A stretch of 64,000 bases of DNA from Marsupella aquatica (taxonomy: Eukaryota > Plantae > Marchantiophyta): assembly GCA_973895155.1 (NCBI GenBank), contig OZ316891.1, forward strand, positions 7,185,808 through 7,249,807, written 5' to 3'. Shown here one piece after another: positions 17,761 to 29,646 of this stretch (its first letter is position 1; the number at the start of each line of letters is the position of its first letter). The position numbers and the translations under genes were made by a program. A model generated the notes under the pieces. The model did not search any database. It was given only the letters and a program-made list of their open reading frames with translations, and was not told the origin of the DNA.

Positions 17761-18740
17761 GCTTCTAGATCAGAACTTCTCAGATGGCGCAATTCACCTT
17801 GTATAAATGAAATGTAATTGAAATTATCTTGTCAACCAGCATTATGAAGTGCCTCCCACTTCGAATGTAGTGTCCCTGCGTGGGCATTTTGTTTTGTCCT
17901 CGCAAGGGAGACTAGGGGTAGAGTGGATTGGATGGAGTCGTCTTTGTCCATTGTTTGCTTCAACCAGTCTGCAAAGGGACTAATTGACTAGCCTACCGAG
18001 ATCCGTAATCGAGATCTACCTTGACACGGAAATTTATCTGCTCTCGAAGTTTGAAGTTCCTGCATCTGCAACATATATTCCTGATAATGCGAATGGACAC
18101 GTGAGATCTCAGGGATTTACAGGAACGATTTACTGGGATACGCAGAGGAACCAGTGCGATAAAGGAAACCTCATATGCCTCCCTAGACTTTCGTTGATGA
18201 CAGTTGTATTCCAGAAGCCTCTCAAGTCATCCATGCATTCAATCACTCGAAGAATCATGTCACTCGGTCCATCCCACCTACTATAAACCCGACCTAACAA
18301 GCACGGAATATCTGATCGTTTGTCTCTCATCATTCTCACTAACGCCTTCTCTTCTCTTCTCTAAACCCAGTTTGATCATTTCTCTGTTCTCGATATTTTC
18401 AATTACTCGTTACCGGCATCACTGGATTTCTCACAAGGTAGATCATTTCCACTGATTTCAAACTGTTAAACTGGTAAACATTTTCTGAAGAGTAAACGTC
18501 TTTCTTCGTCCAATTCCTCACGAGAGTCTCTCATGGTCCATTCTCTGACGAGCGATACCCAGGCACTGCCACTCAGCCGCCGATCCTTCTCTATTTGATC
18601 AATTGATCAAATTCCTCATCCAGAAACACAGTCAACAGACTCCGCAATTCTACTCTGGTCTGGGCCACTTGAGATCAGCAATGCCGACCACATACAGCCA
18701 AGAGAGCATTCCTGCAAGCTACCAGCCCCATTACGCCACC

Positions 18741-19187
18741 ATGGCGAAGACACTGTCAATGGTGGTTCTTCTCATCACGATGAATGCCGGCAAAGTGCAG
18801 TCTGCGTCGAAGGTGACCATCAGAAACGAGGCTGGGTCCGATGTCTGGTGCCATTGTGCGTCCGGCAAGGATTTGGGCGTGCACGTTCTCCACGACCAGG
18901 AGGAATGGTACTGGACGTTCCACGCCAGCATATGGCGGGACACGGAATTCTACTGCTGGTTCGAGTGGATCAACAACGACGGACAAGTTTTCAAGCAGGA
19001 CTTTCCCGTGTGGGTTGAAGGTGGTCTCGTCTACAAAGATATCAAGTGCGGCCAATGCTTCTGGAACGCCAATAGTACCGGGTTCTCTATTTGGGACAAG
19101 GCCACTATGAGCTTCATCCATGCCTATACTTGGACTCCATCGCCTGCAGCTGCCACCTTGAAGGAACAGGAGCATGTAGGTAACTAG
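18741..19187 (+). CDS. Secreted S-protein homologue (plant self-incompatibility protein S1 family, SPH)
   Basis: ATG in GCCACCATGG context and a hydrophobic signal peptide (MAKTLSMVVLLITMNAGKVQSA). Then the SPH pattern VTIRN..HCAS.KDLG.H.L...WTF...T.FYC.F.W...C.W...GF...W. Intronless, 148 aa; an upstream in-frame ATG at 18681 is an alternative start. Confidence 0.88.
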   Translation: MAKTLSMVVLLITMNAGKVQSASKVTIRNEAGSDVWCHCASGKDLGVHVLHDQEEWYWTFHASIWRDTEFYCWFEWINNDGQVFKQDFPVWVEGGLVYKDIKCGQCFWNANSTGFSIWDKATMSFIHAYTWTPSPAAATLKEQEHVGN

Positions 19188-19461
19188 GCAGGTTGGATGG
19201 TTGGCTTACTAAACATAAATCCAGTGAGAGAAAGTGGAGGTTCTAGTATGTATGTACGTGGATGACCTTAAACAGGTTTGATCGTGTATCTCAGTATACA
19301 TAAAAGTGGAAGACGACACTGCATTCCGATGCGAAGTTGTAGGGCAGAACTTTGATGCCTTTTTCAATCTTGCATAATTGTACAAATCTGGTATCCAATT
19401 CATCATCTCCTGCCATCTACAAATCTTTTGATTTCTGCTTTGATTTTGAAATTGGAGGTAG

Positions 19462-22400
19462 TTATGTGTACCAGATTTTAGCTTTGACTGGAATATCTAT
19501 ATCTTGTCGCGTAAGACCTAATGCGATTTCAATTTGACTTCGAACAATAGTCAAAAGTTCTCCTCTGGACTCTAGCTCCTTCGCAAGTCGGTGGTCATCA
19601 ACACCATGCTTCACCACATTGACCTGGAAAAGCTCCACTTGTTAGCCTCTTTTCTGCGGCATGCAATGATACATGAGACGGAATTGAAGTTCTCGAGCAT
19701 GTATTGGAAATAGCAGCTGCTTGGCACCCAAGATGGTTAAATTGGCAAAGGGCATAACCTTGGACGAAGGTAAAAGCTTTGCTTGCTCTGTATCATGGGA
19801 CCAACTCCCACAATGAACGGCAATATTAGCTGAGGAGCTCGATACTGCACTCAGCAATTCCTCCGTGAAGGAGTCCAACCATTGCTGGTCCCTCCCCGGC
19901 CTTATGGACGATGTTGTCAGATCCACCTGAACCCAACATGGCCCGTCAAAGATTTACTGCCTCCGAAGACTTACATTAGATGATCGGATAAAAGAGGCTG
20001 CATATCCCTCCAAGACACAGTCCTTTAAAAAAATACCTCCAGATCCTACCGAACAGAATTGCACCTGTACTCAATCTGAACAATTGACAATACCCTTCCA
20101 GCCAGAGGGGAATATAAATGTCAAACCTGTGGACAGAAGGCAAGTACACTGGTTGCAAGGTGGGAGAACATGAGGGCAGCACTGGCTCCCATGGAATCCC
20201 CAAGCATTATGACATGTTTGTACTCTTTCACTGCTTCTTTCACTTCATTCCGGTAGTAGGATCCAATCCTTCCCCCGCCTGTAATACAAGACACATACAA
20301 TAAGAAAGTTGATATGCTTTTTCTCTCCAGTAGTGTGGACATATAACGATGCTGTCTTCAGAAAGAAGTGATCGAAGCTGACCTAACCCAGATATCTATC
20401 CTAGCTACTCAAAGAGATATATCCACGGTCCCACCACGGTTCTGTACCACAGTTTAGTCCTGAGCAGCGCATCGTAGCCAATTTTTATGCAAGAGCACAT
20501 GTCAATAAGAATTGTCTGACAACTTCATTTGTGGTCTTATTTTACATTACCGTCTGGTTTTTGTGGTGAGTTGTCCTGAGCGTACCAAGAGCGGGAACTA
20601 TCCACTACATACAAAATATCAAACACGGGCAAAATGCTCCTTTGTCTCATCGAGGCTTTCACTTTCTTCAGTAATCCGCCCCTGCTCCAAGTTTAGCCCC
20701 TTTCCAAAGTCATACTCCGCACGAGAAACAAATTCGAGAAATAAACAGTCCAGTAAAACGAAACATCTGTGTAAATCAAGACGAAATCCATTGACCGCCC
20801 CTGCTCCAAGTTAACTCCCCTTTACTAAATTGCAGATCAAGCCCTGCACATCATATGGCCTTCACAATTCTGTTCATTTTCAAATTCAAAACTCATGCTT
20901 TTGTTCTTCCTTTCGGCAGCCTGTATGTGAACTTGAAAACCGAGCAGGTGGTGAATGAATGCATTGTACCAGTTTGGTACGCCAGGCGCACTGCCAAAAG
21001 CAACAACCACCACATCTGCCTTCCCGGAGTTGCTATTTTGCTCACTGTGGGCCTGAAGCTGCAAAACAGGATAACCGAGAACTTCAAGTGTTGAGGGCAC
21101 ACATCAAAACTGGCCCCAAAGCCTTTCTCGTGTCAAACAATGTTTCACAACAAATAAGGTGTTAGACAATTGTAATCAATTCGAAGATGATTGCCTATTC
21201 AGTCAGAAACTCAGATCCCATCTCTAATCAACGAGCGCTAATACTGTCAAAGATTGAAAGATTGACCAACGGTGCTAAGTTACTGACATAATAACCTTAA
21301 AATAACCTCCACATGACACGGCTGCACCTGTCCCTGCCGTATAAGATGTAGACACATTTGGTGCATCGTCAATAGAAAGGTCCTACATTTCAAGGGGAGA
21401 AACATCAGAACAAATTGCAGATTCTGCTAAGTTCCAAAGAGACCTGAAGCCATCGCAACAGAGATAATCCAGTGTCTTAATGATTTAACATTCATATGTA
21501 TAACAGCCACGTGACGACGCTCCAAAGTAAAAATCAACCATTGTTGCCTTTGCGACAATACAGATCGTCCTAGAACAGCTCCACTGACACAAACTTGGAT
21601 CTCAAAAGTTCACATTATCTCTTTCCCATAAAATCTTGGGCACCCCGAATCTTTTAATGGGACACGGTACAGTACAGGAAAACAAGATGTGCGCCTGTAC
21701 CTTGTCAGAACTTATCCCAATAGTCTTCACATGCGGCACTAATGGCAGAAGGTTTCTCAAAGCGTCAGCTTTCAATGGGTTGTTCTGTGAAAGAGAATTG
21801 AGCACAAGTACCATGAGTCTTTCAAGCAACACAAATCATAAGACCAATAAAACAGAATATCTGGTTTCGTCATCGCAAGAAAGTTAGAGAAATAAAAAAA
21901 TGTATGGATTGCCGATCAATGCCACTTCGTCGCATGCGATTGGCCTGGAACGCATAGCAGTCTTCTAATATACCTCAGTCAAAATCTCACTTATACTACT
22001 TCCTTCCAAATTTTAAAGTTAAAAGTAGATAAAAAGTAGGCATCAAGTTCACAGCTGCTAGTAATCGAACAGATACAATTAGCCCACCTCCAACCAGGCA
22101 TGCGAAAGCTTCTTCAATTTTCCAAGACTCTTTGGCAATTCAGATATCTTGTTACTATACCTGAAATAGACAACGAGAAGTTAATGAGTGGAGCAAAAAT
22201 ACCCCAGAACTTACTGACCATGCCACTTGCTGCTTGGAAGACGTCGATATACTCGAAAACAAATAAGTGCGCAGATAAAAATTTGGTCTCCTCGAAAGCA
22301 ATCTATCATACGGTCATGACAGGTCCAATTTCCTACTGATTGTCTGAAAAGGCTGGGCACAATCCCCATGGGAAGAGAGTCTGATAAAAACTTACAACCA

Positions 22401-25400
22401 GACCACCTCCAAAGCTGGCAAATGTCCAAGACCTTCTGGCAAAGCCTTGAGCCGGTTATCTGCCAGGGAGAGCTGTTTTAAGGAGCACAGTCCAACCCAA
22501 TCACTCGGCAGCTCGTCCAGAAAATTTGACTGCAAAGTATCACAGCCAAGAAACTTAAAAGGCAACTTTATGAATATATTGACAAAACATTGGTCAGTTT
22601 CAATGGCGGGAAGATTTAGGGTTTCAATACAGTTTCTGACACACAACTTTGCGATGACTTCCAGACCACCCAAGTAATTCCATGTGAAGAAAGGAAGAGA
22701 GTGCCACTAATTGCTTGAAATATAAAATTTTCTGTATCTAGAAGTAGCCCCGCGTGAGTAGCTATGTAAAAAGGTATTGTATGAATGATTCTGAGTAATG
22801 CATAGCTTAGCTCAGCATACCTGCAACCATAAATCCTCCAGAGCTGTCAAATTCGTCAAGCTTTCAGGCACTGAAGACAATAGATTACCAAATGCAGCTA
22901 GGATCCGTAAGGATTTCAATGCCCCTATATCTGCAGCAGTGTCATCATCATTCGATCATCAGATCAATTAACCAATGATGAGATATATATATTTTGCAGA
23001 TCTTTCTTCCATGCCAACTTAGTTGTACAGCAACAAAAACCTTTGTAAAGATTCAAGACACAGTTTTCAAAAGGAAATTTCGGAGGTTCTGGTGTGAACT
23101 CTTTAACATCTTCCGTCATTGCCATAGTAGGGAACTTACTGGTGGGTAGTTCCTTAATTTCATTTCCTGCTACTGAAAGAATCTGAAAGAGCAAACGCCA
23201 ACAAAAATCTTACGTAGGAACAGAGTCAAAAGTGATACGTCTGTTATGGAACAAGAACTATGAGATAACCAACTGTCAAGAAACATACATCAGAACTATC
23301 AGACGCGAGGTAAATAGCTTTCACATGGTAGCTTCAAGCAGATAGTTTGGGAATGAATACATCAACGCGAGTCATTTCAGCAGCCGAGGACCAATCCTGA
23401 TGAAAGCAAGATCTAACAGAAACAAAGCAAAGAAACCTCTAACAACTGATTGTGACTTAAGCTATATATATAAGCATACCTGAAGGTTGATTAATCCACT
23501 GAGTGTTTCAGGGAGAGTCGTAAGCCTATTTCCTGCGAGGGCCAACCTTTTAAGCTGTTGAAGCTCACCGATCTGCAGTGATGTTAAACAATCCAAGACA
23601 AAGTTATTATAGATCAGTCCAGGAGGAACCTTTTCAACCAGTGACATTCGGCATATTTGTGCATATATGTTTTCATTTCTTAAAACACCATTGGAAAAAA
23701 CTGGGATCAACAATAGTGGGCTACACATACCTGCTTTGGAAGTGTCCGCAGCATATTACCATGGACCCATAGACCCTCGAGTTCCTGAAGGCTTCCTATA
23801 CTTGCGGGTAGCTCTTCTAGTCCATTTCCAGACAGACCCAATCTCTTCAGCTGTGATTCAAGAGAACAGTTCAAGCGAGTTTACGATCGCTTAGGAACTT
23901 TGAAAACAAGATTAGAAAAGAGCAGGAATTACCGAATCCCAAATAGAGTCCTACTTTCAGGATCAATCTTGAACATCAGGGTTCACTGTGTCTGCATTGT
24001 ACTTGAGCAACATGATCTGAACAAAATCATTCGTGAAATAAAACGCAAGGGGATACGCCGATCCTGACAACCTTTCCTAAAAGCGTGGGGAAAAAGAAAT
24101 GATTTAGCCAAAGTGAGCCAAGGGATTACCAGAGTTCAACATACGTTGCAAAGCCTATCAAATTTATCCGGCAGATAGGTGATTTGGTTCCCTGAGCAAG
24201 AAAGGTCAACCAGGTCCTCGAGCTCGAACACCTCCGGCGGCAATTCTTGGAGCCCTACGGACAGTACCCAGTAAAAATTGGAACTCAGATGAGCACAAAC
24301 TGTATAATGATAATCTCTCGCAAGTTGAAATCATTCTCGAAGCCCAGAGGTGATACACTCCAGCCTGATTTTTAACCAAGACCATTTAAACGAATCCTCG
24401 CTTTCTTAATAAATTCTTAAGCGAACTATTTGAGATCCACGAAAATTATTACAGACAATGTTGTTGGCTAGAGAAATTGCAACTACAGCACATCTTATGT
24501 TAAATCAGCGGACAAATTGACTTGCGAGAGCCAGTTCATTGCCGAATTCAACAGCGCGTGAGTGATACACCCTTGTGGCCTAACACTGAAAAATTCCGCT
24601 GGAACTAACTTCAGTTCTCGCTCCCCGGAGATTTATGAAATTCATTAAGATATCTAGAAGGCAAGGAGTGTACTAGGCCCAAGATAAGTACCACAGTCAC
24701 TAATGTCAAGTCTTCCAGTGCTTGCAGCGATTGTGATCCGAGTCTGGACTTCTCTTGCTACCTGCCACGCCCGACCTGTTCAACCGTGATCAAGTTTACC
24801 CACAAAAGAATTTCAGAATTTCTGTTGTCAAATCTGATTTAAATGACAGACCATGAGAGTATCTCTGACATATTCAGCTTTAAGTGTAAGGAAAACTGTC
24901 AACGTAGGAGTTGAACCACAATGGAAGGGAGACCCTCTGTACACTGCACCGAATCAGCCCCTGAGATATTTACTTCTATCACCACTTTTCCAATGTCTGT
25001 GTGCGTTTACTCTGAACAGCTCAATTGAATTTGCAGCACTTAGCTCATGCAGTCTGTACTGAGACACAACAATCCACCAACACATTCTATCTATCCCCGA
25101 ATTCAGCCGAGCCTCACTGCACTGCACTGCACCTTTTATTGTTGACAAACTGGGTTTTTAATTTAAACGGCCGCGAAAGTTAGCCATTGAGCCGATCAAC
25201 CACATTCTTTCAGTTCCAGTCGCAATTTGAGAATGGCTGTAAGAACTCGAGTCAGGGACGGGATGAGCAAGTCTTACGAGGATCGGTCGAAGCAGAGGCA
25301 ACGATGCAGGTGGGCCTTCCTGGTCGGCAGGCAATGGCGAAAGGCGGTCCTCGCTGCAACGAGACGAGCTGCCCACCTGCTGGGGAGGAGAAGAAAGGAT

Positions 25401-25413
25401 GGGCGGTCGCCAT
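19462..25413 (-). CDS. LRR protein fused to a C-terminal alpha/beta-hydrolase-like domain, with putative N-terminal transit peptide; 16 exons, ~591 aa
   Basis: Exons 25278-25413, 24692-24775, 24145-24254, 23731-23850, 23480-23572, 23140-23182, 22821-22930, 22396-22529, 22088-22160, 21701-21784, 21296-21382, 20970-21058, 20551-20681, 20127-20278, 19759-19926 and 19462-19623 sum to 1776 nt with consistent phases. About 11 LxxLxLxxNxLxxLP repeats, then VVAFGSAPGVPNW, VIMLGDSMGASAA (GxSxG) and DDHRL. The first exon assignment is the least certain. Confidence 0.85.
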
Positions 25414-25603
25414 GACAGGAACAGCCCTCAGCTCCACTGGGCAGTGGTGCAGGAGAGAAATAACATGAATGTTCAATCTGCTGCTCGGACTTGCAATGTG
25501 ACTAATATCCTGGGCCTCTACACAAATTCCTGGTCATGACTCTTCTGTTTGAACGAGCCTCAATTCCCATTCGTTTGAAATTCATCCAAAATGCCAGGAT
25601 ACC

Positions 25604-25730
25604 AAAAGGGTGGCCCATAAGAGGGGGTCATCACCTGGGGGGACCAAAGGTAGAGGAGCCCACATACAAAAAGGGTGGCCCACAAGAGGGGGTCATCACC
25701 CGGGGGGGACCAAAGGTAGAGGAGCCCACA
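25604..25730. repeat. Near-perfect tandem duplication (2 x ~63 bp) in the LRR-hydrolase promoter
   Basis: aaaagggtggccca.aagagggggtcatcacc.gggggg(g)accaaaggtagaggagcccaca occurs twice; each copy contains GGCCCA (site-II/TCP-like). Confidence 0.85.
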
Positions 25731-25994
25731 GGACCGGAAAGGCCAGCACTAGGAGAGAAGCAGGCCCAAATTCACATTCTTTGAATGACAAAGAGAGCCC
25801 ATTCGTTGAGTGACAATAGAGATGATGACAAAAATGAGCATGAATCAGCTTCTTGACATACTATACATCCCATCCTCTCCATCCATGTACATTTGGTGGG
25901 GCCCAGAGTTACCATTGAGAGTCTTCACTCTAGAAGCCTAGACCTCAATTGTAAATTCTGTTCTTAAATTAGCAATATAGTAGTAAGATCACCG

Positions 25995-26275
25995 TCTGGT
26001 AATTTCTAAGGTTTTCTTTTATTTGCCAGTGTGGCGAATGCAAATGTGAGCCCTGTGTGAAGGAGAAGATACTAAGAATGTTCCTTATTTGATTTTCCTA
26101 AATTGTTTTCTGACCCTTAGATTTCCTTAGATTTAAAGATGGCCGTTAGATTCTGGCTATGTGGGAAACTGGCTAGTGGTAAATAGAAAACCTAGCCAAT
26201 TTTCACCAAAAGTTGAGAAAAACAATTTAGAGGTGAAATCTAGCAAAATTTTGCCACTAAAAAAAACCATGCTGC
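25995..26275 (-). mobile_element. Dispersed ~280-bp non-coding repeat (MITE-like), copy 2, inverted relative to copy 1
   Basis: Reverse complement aligns by eye along its length to 9515-9795. Confidence 0.65.
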
Positions 26276-28831
26276 TCCTGATTGTGACTAGTTTTCAGTT
26301 CATAGCTGAGTAGGGCTTTTAGAGGTAGTTCTTTTGCCTTTATGTGTGACTCATGGGCTTTTGGTTCTTTGATTTCTTAGGGTCCCCCCCCCCCTTTCTC
26401 CCCTTAAATTGGATCTCTTGCCTTTGGGTTCTTGTCTCCTGGTTTGGCTCTTATGGTCAAAGTGTGATATATGTAATGTGACTTTGAGGTGTTTTGGGCT
26501 GGGAACTTACTGGTTCATAACCCTCCTTGTGACTCTTCCTTTGTATTTTCATTGCATGGGTCATAGCCCCCTTGCAAGCCTGGTACCAAGATTCCCTGAT
26601 TTGAATCTCTGTTTTACTCGCACAGATCAAAGACACAATTCATAAAAAGTGTAGGTTTTTTAAGAGTCCAAAGGAGGGTTTGGGTTACCCTACAGTTTGA
26701 CACACCATTCACATACAATTCTGCTACATAACAAAGAACTGTTCCTTCTGCTGCCTTGCTAAAACTGTAGGGGCAATCATGTTCGAGCAAAAAATAAAAC
26801 TTATTAGAACTAACCCAAATATTGGTGAGTATGCACAAGAAGTAGTTCCTGTATCTAGACTCCCCATGCCGTCCCTACTCACAAGCATAGTGTAAATGTC
26901 AAAATTTTCTTTTACCAGAGAAATTATGGCCTATGGCAAGCTTCACTCTATTAAATACTAGTCATGACTGGTAACTCAGATCAACTTTTACTCTAGATCT
27001 GGAGTCCCAATGACCTAATTTTTGAAAACTTTTGTGACTCCGGAAAAAAAGGTGTAGTGCATTATTTCAGGTATTTTGATATAAACACTAATCTATCAGT
27101 GTATACATAGTTTATCAGGGAATTCTTTTTTGGCACTGTGTTATAATCTGGATGCAACCTAGTGAACTTTTGAGCAAGCTTGCTTCAACCTGGATTTTTT
27201 AAATGCCTGAACCTGATCATTTTATTTTATTATGAAACTAAGGCGCAGGGCCCCATCATATACCACACGGAGGGACAAAAGCCTGAACCTGATCATCTCT
27301 AAGTATGGTATCCTATCAGATGTTTTGGGCTTGACACTTATTCCTTGTTTGACACAACATTCACAGACTCTTGCTTCTGAGCACTTATTCATTGTTCGAC
27401 ACAACATTAACAAACTCTTGCTTTTGAGCATAGACGACAAGCAAGCCCATGAAGCATCCAACGCAAAGTATTGACCTAAGAGTTAGGGCTAACCTTAGAC
27501 CACAGTTCATGGGCAGACCCATGACCAGAAAATAGGGTTTTGCTGAGGTCCACACGGGTCATGTAAGTCTATCCAGACATTTTTGCAATCCCTGAGGGTC
27601 CATCCAGGCTATTTTTAACAAAATATGTGTCAGAAAATAATCTTTATTTTTGTGAGCTTATTTCCATCTCAAAAGTTTTTGCTCATATAGGATTTCTAAC
27701 TCAGCATGGGATGCATGAAAATTCTCTAATCCAGTGCTAACAGAGAACTAGAGGAACTGTTTTCTAACCCAGTGCTACCTGCCCTAGTGATTGTGCAACA
27801 CTAGTAGTGGTGAACAATAGTGGTACAACACACGTGATGCCATCAGTGTTAATATCTTCATAATCTATTTACTAGAGTCTACCTGAGTAAAGAGTGCTAC
27901 CCTCCCTAGCATTGGTGCAACGCTACTAGTGGTGTACAAACCACTAAATGCTACACATGCTGACATTGGTGTAGCACTATTACCCGAGTGCCATTGACGA
28001 AGGACCTGCTTGACAATTATTATTTTTCATTTCAAGAAATAATGCAAGGGGAGAAAGCTATTCTCCCATTTTGATTGCAAAATTAAACAAAACGATGTTA
28101 ACACTGAAAAGTCAGTGTTTCAAGCATCGTGCTTAGCGTATTCTTACAATTTAGAGAACTTACAGGTACCCCAAAATACATTGTTAGTCAGGTCCAAGAT
28201 TTTCATAATTGATTAAACCTTAGGTCATTAAGTGATGGGGGCCCACAATAGATATTAGGAATCCTAGAGTACACCATATTGTTTAGACTATTGTGATATT
28301 GAATACCATATTATCAAAACATGTGATATTGCACACCATATTGTCAAAACCATATTCTTCACCCTTTTGTGAAGGAGTAGGTTTGGCCATGGGCCTGGTC
28401 ATTTAATTTTTGCACTTGTTGTTGAGTCTTTTGTGACGAAGTAGGTTTGGCCATGGACCTGGTTGTTCAGGTTTAGCACCAAGTGCGATGGCACTAACAT
28501 GAAGCGAACAGACTAGTATTGGTGTCACTCACCGAGAGTGTTGATAGTCGTGTACAGTGACACCAACATTGGTCAAACAGTGCCTTTCGTTTGAATTAAG
28601 GAGCTGTCTGGTACAAACCTATACAAAATTCTTGGACTCTGAAAGTATACTTGAGAGGTGAATATTGCCTTCGCACGTACCCTGAAGGATACTTCAGAGG
28701 TGGAGAACAAACTCTCGTTAAACCACACCTACCACTATAAAAGCCTCATTCTATGTCTCACTACACACCATAAAAGGTGGAACATTAGCACCTTTTGTGG
28801 AATACTTGCCCAAAAAAGGCTTCGCAGACAG

Positions 28832-29196
28832 CACCATTTGTGGAACTCAAAGCCCATTTTTGAACTTGTATTTTTTAGAATGAGAGCTACAGGTTACCCG
28901 TAACCCTTTATAGGGGCAGATGGAACACCTTTTGTGGAACTCAAAGCCCATTTTTGAACCCTTTATAGGGGCAGATGGAGCACCTTTTGTGGAGCTCAAA
29001 GCCCATTTTTGAACTTGTACTCTTTAAAATGAGAACTACGGGTTATAGGGGCAGATGGAGCACCTTTTGTGGAACTCAAAGCCCATTTTTGAACTTGTAC
29101 TCTTTAAAATGAGAGCCACCTTTTGTGGAACTCAAAGCACATTTTTGAACTTGTACTCTTTAAAATGAGAGCCACTTAGCCCTTTATAGGGGCAGG
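28832..29196. repeat. Imperfect tandem array, 5 copies with variable unit length (55-94 bp)
   Basis: Core caccttttgtggaactcaaagcccatttttgaac begins at 28832, 28926, 28981, 29061 and 29117, with optional ttgtactctttaaaatgag and tataggggcagatgga modules. Confidence 0.9.
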
Positions 29197-29646
29197 TGTG
29201 GTTTAACTGTTGATCTCTCTGCCATCCTTTACTGTGCAGTCCTGGAGAAAAGGTGACATAAAAGGCGAGGATGCACTGCTGAATTGGGACTCAAGCTCCG
29301 GTCCCAAATTGCTGACACATCTATATCCAGAACAACAAATCTGAAGAAATATCCCTGTTGTTCTACCTATGATCAGTCAGACCAGGAAGGTTCTAGCATG
29401 TGTTAGTCAGGGAAGCCTTCGTTGAAGTTTGTCAAAAGCATTACCTCTTCACTGCTACAGTAGTGACAGCATAAGTGCCACATTTGTTTACATGCCTCAA
29501 GTTCAGTTGTCCCTAAACGTGCAATTCAAACTACATCAATACTTTCAGAGCCGTATGCCGATTGTACACCACGAATTTAGTGCGGTTTGATGTACTGTAC
29601 GTGCTTTGCAACTGGACCCTCTTCCAAGCCAGGACATTGTGTTTCT

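Noticed and set aside
18603-18740. Longer 194-aa version of the SPH ORF
   Set aside because: Starts at TTG; the ATG at 18741 has ideal context and places the signal peptide at the N-terminus.
24900-25010. Extra exon for the LRR-hydrolase gene
   Set aside because: Exon 1 splices in phase directly to the acceptor at 24775, so no extra exon is needed.
28832-29196. Repeat with variable inter-unit sequence as a CRISPR-like array
   Set aside because: The intervening sequences are themselves repeated modules; this is ordinary tandem duplication with deletions.
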